Source of the DNA: Candidatus Bathyarchaeia archaeon
GTDB lineage: Archaea > Thermoproteota > Bathyarchaeia > Bathyarchaeales > Bathycorpusculaceae
Direction of reading: 5' to 3'
DNA length: 58,561 nt
Assembly (NCBI GenBank): GCA_038882975.1
Contig: JAVZNE010000009.1
Coordinates: forward strand, 1 to 58,561
Both the position numbers and the translations under genes were made by a program. Positions 25,642 to 34,746 of the stretch are shown here, one piece after another. Below the pieces are notes generated by a model. The model worked only from the letters and a program-made list of their open reading frames with translations. It searched no databases and was not told where the DNA came from. Numbering within the stretch: the stretch's first letter is position 1; each line of letters begins with the position of its first letter.

Positions 25642-26978
25642 GGCTCTTTTGCCTCAAGCAAGGGCTGCTGTTGAATTTTCGGCTTCTGCCTCGTAACCTG
25701 CTCAACTATACGCCAGAAATCCTCTTCTGTTAAGCCCTTCCGAAGTTCCTTCATAAGCTTCTTGATTTGGTAGAAGGTCATCTGGGTTCCGCCCTTGTCC
25801 AGGCTTTCCTGTAAACCCCTTATCCTTCTAACTATTTCATCAATCTGCCATGGCGTAGCCTTTATACCAGCCATTTCCAGCCGCTTTTCAATAAGGCGTC
25901 TTCCGCCGCTTCTCCCAATGTAGAACTGTGCTTCCCTCTCAATCATTTCGGGTGGGAAAGGCTCAAAAAGCAGTGGGTGAGCAAGCATTCCCTCAACGTG
26001 CTCATCAATCTCGTAGGAGAAGGCGTTTTCACCAACTATTGGCTTATGGAACTGAATTGGTAGGGCGAAGCTTTTCTCCGCCTGTTGGGCAAGCCTATAA
26101 AGCTTCTTCATGTCAATGCCCGTGTCTATGTCGTACAGTAGTTCTAGGGCGGCGACAACCTCCTCTAGAGGGGCTACTCCAGCCCTTTCGCCGAAACCAA
26201 CAAGGCAAGTGTGCAAATAGGCTACGCCCTCCTCAACCGCCGCCAAAGTGTTTGCCGTGGCTAAGCCAAAATCGTTGTGGCAATGAATTGAAAGCGTAAC
26301 ATTCTTCCCCAAAACTTGCTGAAGACCATCCCTAACGTGGGAAACAAGATAACGCACTGATAAGGGTCTTAAAAAGCCAACAGTGTCAGCGATTACAAGC
26401 CTGTCGGCACCAACCTTCACTGCGGCCTCAAAAATTTGTAGAATGTCCTGTAAAGGCGTCCTTGAGGCATCTTCCAAAACGAAGTCGACGGTTACACCGT
26501 GCCTTTTGGCATATTCTATACACTCAACAGCGTTTTTGAGGGCTTGCTCCTTTGACATTTTAAGCCTATATTGGAGGTTAAGCCCATTAAAAGGCGTGAA
26601 GATAACAACCTCCTTAACGCTGCAGTCCAGACATGCATCCACATCACTTCTAATGGCTCGTGCAGAGGCGGCTATGCTGGCTTGTTGAAAACCTTCGTTG
26701 GCTATCCTCCTAACATTGTTTTTCTCCTCTTCTGAAAGCGCTGGAAAGCCAACAGTTATAATGGAAACGCCAGCCTCGTCCAAAAGCTTAGCCAACTTAA
26801 CCTTCTCCACATAAGTCAAGAAAACTGTTGGGGTTTCAGCACCCTCCCGTAGGGTTTCATCCCAGATATAAACTCTGTCGGGAAGCCTTGGTGGAAGGTT
26901 CTTCCTCAAGCGGTTGTAGTTGGCTATTAAACCTTGAGCCTCAAGCTTCTTAAAGATTGTTTTCCGCATGAACACCAC
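25638..26978 (-). CDS. DRE-TIM acyltransferase (homocitrate/isopropylmalate synthase family), divergent
   Basis: DETLREG, ADTVG, HCHNDFGLATAN, GERAG; no LeuA regulatory domain. Confidence 0.82.
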   Translation of the reverse strand: MVFMRKTIFKKLEAQGLIANYNRLRKNLPPRLPDRVYIWDETLREGAETPTVFLTYVEKVKLAKLLDEAGVSIITVGFPALSEEEKNNVRRIANEGFQQASIAASARAIRSDVDACLDCSVKEVVIFTPFNGLNLQYRLKMSKEQALKNAVECIEYAKRHGVTVDFVLEDASRTPLQDILQIFEAAVKVGADRLVIADTVGFLRPLSVRYLVSHVRDGLQQVLGKNVTLSIHCHNDFGLATANTLAAVEEGVAYLHTCLVGFGERAGVAPLEEVVAALELLYDIDTGIDMKKLYRLAQQAEKSFALPIQFHKPIVGENAFSYEIDEHVEGMLAHPLLFEPFPPEMIEREAQFYIGRSGGRRLIEKRLEMAGIKATPWQIDEIVRRIRGLQESLDKGGTQMTFYQIKKLMKELRKGLTEEDFWRIVEQVTRQKPKIQQQPLLEAKEP

Positions 26979-27181
26979 ATTCCAACAAGTAAGCGAACCG
27001 CAAACGCATTTTGATATTCACAAGCACTTATATAAGAATTCAGCATTTAAGCATCTCCACAAAGCAGAATTATAAGTTGGTGCTCAACTTCTGGCCCACT
27101 CTAACGTCACTCAAATTCTTTAAAATATTAGGAAAGCATTTTATAGCAACTTCTGAAAAATGTGAAACTGGTTGTGATGCT

Positions 27182-28348
27182 ATGGATTTTGAATTAACAC
27201 CGGAACAAAAAATGATAGTTGAAACAGCCACCGAGATTGCCCGAGATTATGGTCCAGAATATTGGCGGGAAAAGGACCGCAAACACGAGTTTCCAGAAGA
27301 CTTTTGGAAAAGCCTTGTGGACGCGGAATTTCCAGGCATTGTTATTCCGGAGAAGTATGGTGGAAGTGGAATGGGCATGTTCGAAATGCTCCTAGCCATG
27401 GAAACCCTTGTTTCAGAGGGTTGTGGACTCGCAGGAGAATGGTTCTTATGTCTTTCAGCGGTTTTCGGGGGCTTATCCATAGTGAAGCATGGCAACGAAG
27501 CCCAAAAGGAGAAGTACTTACCAAAAATTGCAAAGGGGATGGAGTTCTGTCTAGCCTTGACAGAGCCTGATGCCGGAACAAACACTCTAAACATTAAAAC
27601 CATGGCTGTTAAGCAGGACAGCGAATACATGATTAATGGTCAGAAAATCTTTATCTCAGGGGCAGATAGGGCAAAGGGTATGCTTCTGGTTGCTAGAACA
27701 ACGCCTGCTGATAAGGCGCCTAAAAGAACCTTGGGCTTGACACTATTTCTTGTGGATTTGCCAAATTCAGCCATTGAAATAATTCCAATCGAGAAGCATG
27801 GCATAAACTATTCAAAAACCTTTGAGGTTTACATAAGCGACCTAAGGGTTCCACAAGAAAATGTTTTAGGCGAACCGGAGAAAGGCTGGTATCTACTTTT
27901 GGATACACTTAACCCGGAGCGCATGTCCTTTTCAGCGGCGGCATGCGGCTTGGGATTACTAGCCATAAAAAAGGCTGTCGAGTACGCAAAAGAAAGAAGG
28001 GTTTTTGAAGCTCCTATTGGAGCACATCAAGCCATACAGTTCCCCTTGGCTGAGGCCAAAGCAAAAATTGAGGCTGCAAGGCTCCTAAATTATAAGGCTG
28101 CATGGCTTTATGACCGTGGACAAGAATGCGGAGCGGAGGCTAACATGGCTAAGGTGGCGGCTGTCGAAGCTGGGACTGAAGCAGTTTACCATGCAATGCA
28201 GACCTTCGGCGGTTATGGCTATGCTGTGGAATATGACGTGGAAAGATGGTGGCGGGAAATAAACCTCATAAGATTAGCGCCAGTCACGCATCAAATGGCT
28301 TTAGCCTTCATAGGGCAGCATGTCCTAGGACTGCCAAAATCATACTAG
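27182..28348 (+). CDS. Acyl-CoA dehydrogenase
   Basis: ALTEPDAGT, INGQKIFIS, QTFGGYGY; ATG 27182 (MDFELT). Confidence 0.93.
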   Translation: MDFELTPEQKMIVETATEIARDYGPEYWREKDRKHEFPEDFWKSLVDAEFPGIVIPEKYGGSGMGMFEMLLAMETLVSEGCGLAGEWFLCLSAVFGGLSIVKHGNEAQKEKYLPKIAKGMEFCLALTEPDAGTNTLNIKTMAVKQDSEYMINGQKIFISGADRAKGMLLVARTTPADKAPKRTLGLTLFLVDLPNSAIEIIPIEKHGINYSKTFEVYISDLRVPQENVLGEPEKGWYLLLDTLNPERMSFSAAACGLGLLAIKKAVEYAKERRVFEAPIGAHQAIQFPLAEAKAKIEAARLLNYKAAWLYDRGQECGAEANMAKVAAVEAGTEAVYHAMQTFGGYGYAVEYDVERWWREINLIRLAPVTHQMALAFIGQHVLGLPKSY

Positions 28349-28470
28349 AGAAAGCTTAACAAACAAGGATTTTCGTTTTTCCATAACAAAGACCAGCATC
28401 TTCACCGGAAAGCCTTTTATCAGTTTAAGGTGCAAATAGTTTCACCAACAAAACTGTTTGGTGAAAATGT

Positions 28471-29334
28471 ATGGAAGTTAAAACAATAGCAGTTTTAGGC
28501 GCTGGTTTGATGGGTCATGGCATTGCGCAAGTGGCTGCCCAAGTTGGCAAGTACGAGGTTTACCTGCGGGATATTGAGCAGAGGTTTGTGGAAAACGGCA
28601 TGAACATGATTCGCAATAGCCTCCAGAAGTTTCTAAGCAAGGGACAAATAACCGAGGCTGAATTAAATGAAACCTTGGCCAGGATACATCCAACAACAGA
28701 CCTTAAAGAGGCTGTTTCGAAAGCAGACCTAGTTATTGAGGCTATCCCAGAAAACGTTGAGCTGAAGAAGGCAACTTTCCGCGAAGTTGATGCGTTGGCA
28801 CCACCACACGCCATAATAGCCTCCAATACATCATCCATAAGCATAACAGAGCTCGGCTCAGCCACAAAACGTCCAGAAAAGGTTTGTGGAATGCATTTCT
28901 TTAATCCACCGCAGCTGATGAAGCTTGTGGAAGTGATTAAAGGCGCTAAAACCTCAGATGAGACTATACAGACGGTTTTGGATGTAGCCCACAAAATGCA
29001 GAAGGAAACGGTTCTAGTCAAGAAGGATTGCCCGGGCTTTATTGTTAATCGCATATTAATACCAGCTTTAAACGAGGCCGTAGCCCTATACTGGGAAGGC
29101 GTGGCAGACAGGGATGACATTGATAAAGCCATAAGGCTTGGACTGAACTGGCCTATGGGACCATTAATGCTGTTAGATTATATCGGTGCGGATACGACTC
29201 TAGCAATAGCAGAGGTTCTTGAAAGAGAACTTGACTCAAAGTTTCACCCGCACCCGGGATTAAAGCAGATGGTTAAAGCCAACTTGTTAGGTAGAAAAAC
29301 TGGCAAGGGCTTCTATGACTGGACACAGAAATAA
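28471..29334 (+). CDS. hbd: 3-hydroxyacyl(butyryl)-CoA dehydrogenase
   Basis: GAGLMGHGIA, ASNTSSISI, GMHFFNP, PGFIVNR, GRKTGKGFY. Confidence 0.93.
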   Translation: MEVKTIAVLGAGLMGHGIAQVAAQVGKYEVYLRDIEQRFVENGMNMIRNSLQKFLSKGQITEAELNETLARIHPTTDLKEAVSKADLVIEAIPENVELKKATFREVDALAPPHAIIASNTSSISITELGSATKRPEKVCGMHFFNPPQLMKLVEVIKGAKTSDETIQTVLDVAHKMQKETVLVKKDCPGFIVNRILIPALNEAVALYWEGVADRDDIDKAIRLGLNWPMGPLMLLDYIGADTTLAIAEVLERELDSKFHPHPGLKQMVKANLLGRKTGKGFYDWTQK

Positions 29335-29353
29335 GCGAGGGAAGTGAGCCTAT

Positions 29354-30136
29354 TTGGAGTTTAAGTATATTATATATGAGAAAAGCGAGGGCATAGCCAC
29401 AATAACAATAAATAGACCGGAAGCACTGAACGCTTTCAACGCCGAGGTTGTCAGCGAAATTCTGCAAGCCCTTGAAGATGTGATGGCTGATGAAAGCGTG
29501 CGGGTTGTCGTTTTAACTGGTGCTGGCGAGAAGGCGTTCTCCGCTGGTGCAGACATTAAAGCAATGAAGGGAATGAACACTTTAAAAGCGCGGGAACTCT
29601 CCCAGATGGGTGAGAAGCTTTGCTCAGCCTTAGAAAACCTTGAAAAGCCTGTTATAGCCGCCATAAACGGTTACGCACTGGGCGGAGGCTTAGAAGTTGC
29701 AATGGCATGCGACCTTCGCATAGCTTCTGAAAACGCTAGGATGGGGCAGACGGAAATAAATATCGGTTTGATTCCGGGGTGGGGTGGAACCCAAAGGTTA
29801 ACACGCTTGATTGGCGCGACAAAGGCTAAGGAGCTTATTTTCACGGGAAAAATGATTGATGCTAAAACTGCTGAGCAGCTTGGACTTGTGAACATGGTCG
29901 TTCCACAAGACAAGTTTAGGGAGACAGTTCACCAATTCGCCCTAGAACTCGCCCAAAAGGCTCCAGTGGCTATCAAAGTGGCTAAAGCCTTGATCAATAA
30001 GGGTGCTGAAATAAGCCTTGACGCCGCAATCGTCTTGGAAAGAGAAGGTTTCAGCGTTGTAGCCTCAACAGAAGACCTTCAAGAGGGCGTTTCAGCCTTC
30101 ATTGAAAAGAGAAAACCCGTGTTTAAAGGCAAATAA
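29354..30136 (+). CDS. crt: Enoyl-CoA hydratase (crotonase)
   Basis: AFSAGADI, GGGLEVAMACD, EINIGLIPGWGGTQRL. Confidence 0.92.
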   Translation: MEFKYIIYEKSEGIATITINRPEALNAFNAEVVSEILQALEDVMADESVRVVVLTGAGEKAFSAGADIKAMKGMNTLKARELSQMGEKLCSALENLEKPVIAAINGYALGGGLEVAMACDLRIASENARMGQTEINIGLIPGWGGTQRLTRLIGATKAKELIFTGKMIDAKTAEQLGLVNMVVPQDKFRETVHQFALELAQKAPVAIKVAKALINKGAEISLDAAIVLEREGFSVVASTEDLQEGVSAFIEKRKPVFKGK

Positions 30137-30269
30137 GTTGCCCTATCAGCTATTTTTCCCTTTTATTTCTCGATTCTCTTTGTTATGTTTGTAACAGTTT
30201 TAGTTCACCAAAAGTTATATCTGAAGGCGTTAGGCTAATGGGTTCTCTAACCGTTGGAGAAGGCGGTAG

Positions 30270-32147
30270 ATGCCAGACCCCCACGTGCTGTTGAAAGATG
30301 AGCCTGGAAAGCGTGTGCTGTTGCTTGGTAACGAGGCTATAGCCCGTGGAATATTAGAATCGGGCATAGGGATTGTCACCACTTATCCAGGAACACCGGC
30401 CTCTGAAATCGGCGACACGGTTTCAGCCATAGCTAAGGAGGCTGGCGTTTACATGGAGTATTCCGTCAATGAGATTGTTGCCGTTGAGGTGGCTGGCGGG
30501 GCTGCCAACTGTGGGGTTAGGGCTCTTGCAGCCATGAAGCATGTAGGCTTGAATGTGGCAGCAGACGCTTTAATGACTTTGGCTTATACTGGTGTCAGAG
30601 GCGGATTGGTTATCGTGGCGGCTGACGACCCGGAATGTTATAGTTCCCAGAACGAGCAAGACAGCCGCCTTTATGCCTTGCTCTCCAATCTGCCATGCCT
30701 TGAACCATCAAACCCGCAAGAGGCAAAGGACATGGTGGCTTATGCCATTGAGGCCTCAGAAAAACTTGAGCTTCCAGTTATAATGAGGACAACCACCCGT
30801 GTAAGCCACACCAGAGCCCCAGTCACCCTTGGAAAACTTGCAAAACCTCGGTTAAAGGGCGAATTTGCCCGAGATGTTAAACGCTTAGTCATGGTTCCAG
30901 CTAATGCAAGACCAAGACATGATGTTCTTCTACAACGGATGGAGAAGGCGAAGGAAATAACTGAAATCTCCCCATATAACATGATAAATCCCGAAGGCAA
31001 AGACAAGGAGTACGGCATAATCTCATCAAGCTCAGCTTACAACTACGCGGTTGAAGCTGCTGGAATTTTGAGCTTAGACGTTGATGTCTTAAAGCTTGGG
31101 ATGACCCATCCGCTGCCAGAGAAAATGATAGGGAAATTCATGAGGAAACACGGCAAAATCATAGTTATCGAAGAGCTTGAGCCGTATTTAGAGCTTCATG
31201 TTAAGGCAATTGCAAAGGACTATGCGCCTTCCACCGAAATTTTTGGCAAGCAGTATTTTCCAAGGTCCGGTGAGCTTTCCACAAGCCAAGTTTTGAAGGG
31301 ACTAGCAGCAATAACTGGCAGAAAAATCCCTATAGACTTTGAAGGTTTAGCTAAACGCTATATTGAAGCCTCTGAAGGAATCCCTCCCAGACCGCCAATA
31401 TTGTGTGCCGGATGCCCCCATAGGGCTTCCTTCTACGTTATTAAGAAGGTTGCTGGCGAGAAGGCAATTTACCCAACAGATATTGGCTGTTATGCCCTAG
31501 GAATAGCCCCACCCATAAAGGTTGGCGACATCCTAGTATGCATGGGTGCCGGAATAGGAACAGCCCAAGGCATAAGCAAAACAACAGGAATGGACACAAT
31601 CGCAATAATTGGAGATTCAACCTTCTTCCACGCCGGGGTTCCGAGACTTCTAAACGCCGTTTATAACAAGCACAAAATTGTAGTTGCAGTTTTAGACAAT
31701 CTAACAACGGCAATGACTGGACATCAACCGCATCCGGGAACAGGATTAACGGGCATGCAAACACTAACAGAGCCCATAGCCATTGAAAAGGTTGCAGAGG
31801 GTTGTGGAGTAAAATTTGTTAGGGTTGTTGATCCCTTCAATGTTGAGGAAGCCGAGAAAGTCCTAAAAGAGGCTTTAAAGTTTCCCGAAGTTTCCCTTAT
31901 CGTTTTTAGGGCGCCATGTGCCTTAATGCTTGTTAGGGAGAAAAGACGCAAAGACTTGGAAATTGTGCCTTTTAAGACGAATAAGAAGTGTGCAAACTGC
32001 ATGGCTTGCATAAAGCTGTTGGGCTGTCCAGCAATAGTCCTTAAAGAGGATAAAGCTGTGGCTATTAACGAAAATCTTTGCGTTGGCTGCGGTTTATGCG
32101 CCCATGTTTGCCCATACAAAGCCATAGAGCCAGCGATACAGAAATGA
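30270..32147 (+). CDS. iorA: Indolepyruvate:ferredoxin oxidoreductase alpha subunit
   Basis: LLGNEAIARG, YPGTPASEI, SSQNEQD, CAGCPHR, GDSTFFH, C-terminal ferredoxin. Confidence 0.95.
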   Translation: MPDPHVLLKDEPGKRVLLLGNEAIARGILESGIGIVTTYPGTPASEIGDTVSAIAKEAGVYMEYSVNEIVAVEVAGGAANCGVRALAAMKHVGLNVAADALMTLAYTGVRGGLVIVAADDPECYSSQNEQDSRLYALLSNLPCLEPSNPQEAKDMVAYAIEASEKLELPVIMRTTTRVSHTRAPVTLGKLAKPRLKGEFARDVKRLVMVPANARPRHDVLLQRMEKAKEITEISPYNMINPEGKDKEYGIISSSSAYNYAVEAAGILSLDVDVLKLGMTHPLPEKMIGKFMRKHGKIIVIEELEPYLELHVKAIAKDYAPSTEIFGKQYFPRSGELSTSQVLKGLAAITGRKIPIDFEGLAKRYIEASEGIPPRPPILCAGCPHRASFYVIKKVAGEKAIYPTDIGCYALGIAPPIKVGDILVCMGAGIGTAQGISKTTGMDTIAIIGDSTFFHAGVPRLLNAVYNKHKIVVAVLDNLTTAMTGHQPHPGTGLTGMQTLTEPIAIEKVAEGCGVKFVRVVDPFNVEEAEKVLKEALKFPEVSLIVFRAPCALMLVREKRRKDLEIVPFKTNKKCANCMACIKLLGCPAIVLKEDKAVAINENLCVGCGLCAHVCPYKAIEPAIQK

Positions 32148-32149
32148 GG

Positions 32150-32767
32150 ATGGCAAATAGAATGAAGGAGTTTAACATTGTTTTGGCTGGGGTTGGCGGT
32201 CAAGGCATACTTTTGGCAGCCGAAGTTCTCGGAACAGCCGCCGTGAAGGATGGCTTAAATGTTCGCGTCGGCGAAATTCACGGAATGGCCCAGCGGGGCG
32301 GAGCAGTCTTATGCACTGTTAGAATTGGTGAAAACGCTTTATCCCAGATGGTTACAGATGGACAAGCAGACATCCTACTTGGATTTGAGCCTCTGGAAAC
32401 GTTAAGAAACGCAAAGTATGCCTCTGAAAGAACTCTAATAATCATGGGAGACGAAAAAATTCCGCCTCCAGAACTTACATTGAAAGGTGAAAGTTATCCC
32501 AGAATGGAGGAAATACTTGAAAGGTTAAGAAGATTTTCTAAAAACATCATAATCGTCGAAGCGTTAAGGCTCGCTGAGGAGGCTGGAAGCGCAATGATGC
32601 AGAACGCCGTCCTACTAGGAGCTTTAACGGCTACTGAAAAGCTACCAATAAAGAAGGAAAGTCTAATAGAGGCTTTAGAAGAGCTTGTCCCGGCAAAATA
32701 CGCCAAGATGAATGTTAAGGCCTTTGAACTTGGCTATAAATACGTTAAAAACTTTAGAAAAGCCTAA
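32150..32767 (+). CDS. iorB: Indolepyruvate:ferredoxin oxidoreductase beta subunit
   Basis: GVGGQG, EIHGMAQRGG; start 32150 or 32162. Confidence 0.93.
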   Translation: MANRMKEFNIVLAGVGGQGILLAAEVLGTAAVKDGLNVRVGEIHGMAQRGGAVLCTVRIGENALSQMVTDGQADILLGFEPLETLRNAKYASERTLIIMGDEKIPPPELTLKGESYPRMEEILERLRRFSKNIIIVEALRLAEEAGSAMMQNAVLLGALTATEKLPIKKESLIEALEELVPAKYAKMNVKAFELGYKYVKNFRKA

Positions 32768-32783
32768 AACTTCTGCTAGCCTT

Positions 32784-33140
32784 TTATCCGCTTTCGGTCT
32801 TTACGTTTCCTTTTATGGCTTTCAGTATGTTTTTGAATATTTTCATGTCTGAAACGTTCACCACTGGGATTTGGAGGCTCTTGTCCACCTCATAGATTCT
32901 CTCATATTTTGGGAATTCCGCGTAGCAGATTTGGCTTATTGGAAACTCCCGGTTTTTTAACTCGTGCTCGAAGGATTTCTCGTAAACTTCTAGGCAAAGC
33001 AGATAGCCGTCTATCCAGTAAAGTCTATTCGCGCCGTAGGTGGTGGCACACCATGCAATGTCGCCTACGCTCCGCTTGTCCAGTCCCAAGACGGTAACCT
33101 TTTTTGTTGGGGCTATTTCCACGTCCATGCGCCTTTTCAC
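32784..33140 (-). CDS. Hypothetical protein coupled to XPF
   Basis: 4 nt overlap with the xpf stop; plausible globular composition. Confidence 0.65.
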   Translation of the reverse strand: MKRRMDVEIAPTKKVTVLGLDKRSVGDIAWCATTYGANRLYWIDGYLLCLEVYEKSFEHELKNREFPISQICYAEFPKYERIYEVDKSLQIPVVNVSDMKIFKNILKAIKGNVKTESG

Positions 33141-33838
33141 CCCTTAAACGGTGTGTTCAACACCTCTTTAACTCTGCCGCTTATTTTTGGTCCAAGACCG
33201 TAAACAGTTTTTGGCCACTCGTCAACGTTTAGGAAGGCATTTAACGGTGTCTGATAGGATTTAAGGATTGCTATGGCTTTCTCCCTCCCAATATTGGGTA
33301 AACTTGCCACAAAGAATATTTGGGCGTCCTCAAGGGTTTCACACTTTTTGACGGGATGCACTGTTGGCACTCTTTTTTCCACTATTTGTTCTTGGCGGGC
33401 GGCAATGTAGAGAAAATCCACTGTTTCCTTGTAGGATGTGGTGTTAACTATGGCTATGCCATTTTTCGCCAAGTTGAACAGGGCGCCCCAAACGGCTTCC
33501 GGTTTTATTCTGCTGAACTTGTAGATTATGGGCATGTAGCCTTCAAGAAGGATTAGTGCTTTTGGATAAGTCTCCTTAAGCTTGAAAAGCTGCTCGAAGA
33601 GATAGCGATGCGTCAGCGTATAAACGAAGTCTTGAACCCTTTTCCGCTCAACAGCACAAACATCAGACAGAATGTAATCTCCCTTCTCCAATGGCTCGAT
33701 TTTAACGTTTACGCCGCGTTCCCTAAGCCCCTTAACAACTTTTTCGGCACTGCTTGCCTCGCGACTGTCCACTATGATTGTTGGTTCTTGCTCCTCGCTT
33801 TTCCTCTCCTTCAAATATGGGAGGAGTGTTTCAGACAT
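33137..33838 (-). CDS. xpf: Short-form XPF/ERCC4 structure-specific endonuclease
   Basis: IIVDSRE, GDY, AVERKRVQD (ERKxxxD), tandem HhH; no helicase domain. Confidence 0.9.
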   Translation of the reverse strand: MSETLLPYLKERKSEEQEPTIIVDSREASSAEKVVKGLRERGVNVKIEPLEKGDYILSDVCAVERKRVQDFVYTLTHRYLFEQLFKLKETYPKALILLEGYMPIIYKFSRIKPEAVWGALFNLAKNGIAIVNTTSYKETVDFLYIAARQEQIVEKRVPTVHPVKKCETLEDAQIFFVASLPNIGREKAIAILKSYQTPLNAFLNVDEWPKTVYGLGPKISGRVKEVLNTPFKG

Positions 33839-33925
33839 GCCACCAACTCTAATGCTATCCTACAAGATTTGATGCTATTTTCTCTTGCGGTGATAACCTT
33901 TCAAAATAATGGTTTGTCTTCAATA

Positions 33926-34744
33926 TTATGAACTACGTTTAGGCTCCTTTTCCACCGCCGTTTTTAAGGCTTTTCTTGCAAAGGTTATGTAGCCAGTATG
34001 CGCTGTCATCAGAGTTTGCGGTCTCGTTTTGCCCCTTTCCACTTGCATCCCCCGCATGAGACATTCAACTGTTTCTATATCTATGAAGTTGTTCTCCCTT
34101 AGGGCTTCGACTGTTTTTACGATCTGGTCTATTGTTGGGCTGAAAGAAATCAGCGTTCCGCATGGTTTAAGCGCCTTATAGGCGTGAGATATAACAAGCC
34201 ATGGTGTTGCCATGTCCAGCACCACGGCATCGAGGTTGCTTTCATCTATTCCAGCCGTGATATCCTTATTTTTAAGCTCCACACAATCTAGTAATCCCGC
34301 CCGCCTCAGATTTTTCTCTGCCGTTTCAAGAAACTCTTCTCGCACTTCGTAGCTATATACACGCCCATCCGGCTTAACGTAATGAGCTAGAGCCATTGTT
34401 AATGCACCCGTTCCCGTTCCTGCCTCAACAACGCGGCTTCCAGGACCGATTCCGCTGAAAATTATGATTAGGGCTATATCCTTTGGATAGGTTATTTGTG
34501 TTCGCCTAACAGCCTTCATTATGTAATCGCGGAGAAGTGGTTTGAGGACAGTAAACTGTACGCCGAGGCTGCTTGTGACTGTTGAGCCGTAATCCCTCCC
34601 GATTAGGTCATCAAATTTTACGAAGCCTTTGTGAGTGTGAAAGGTTTTGCCAGCCTCAACTTTGACAAGGTATGTTCTCCTCTGGTCCAAGTATAAGAGG
34701 ACATAATCCCCTTCCATTATTTTTTGGCTTGGCAAACCTTTCAC
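33926..34744 (-). CDS. trmI: tRNA (adenine-N1)-methyltransferase
   Basis: TQITYPKD, VVEAGTGTGAL, LDMATPW, HTGY. Confidence 0.93.
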   Translation of the reverse strand: MKGLPSQKIMEGDYVLLYLDQRRTYLVKVEAGKTFHTHKGFVKFDDLIGRDYGSTVTSSLGVQFTVLKPLLRDYIMKAVRRTQITYPKDIALIIIFSGIGPGSRVVEAGTGTGALTMALAHYVKPDGRVYSYEVREEFLETAEKNLRRAGLLDCVELKNKDITAGIDESNLDAVVLDMATPWLVISHAYKALKPCGTLISFSPTIDQIVKTVEALRENNFIDIETVECLMRGMQVERGKTRPQTLMTAHTGYITFARKALKTAVEKEPKRSS

Positions 34745-34746
34745 AC

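Noticed and set aside
26161-26175. CCTCTAGAGGGG as another repeat unit
   Set aside because: Inside a coding sequence, with no A-tract and no matching downstream hairpin
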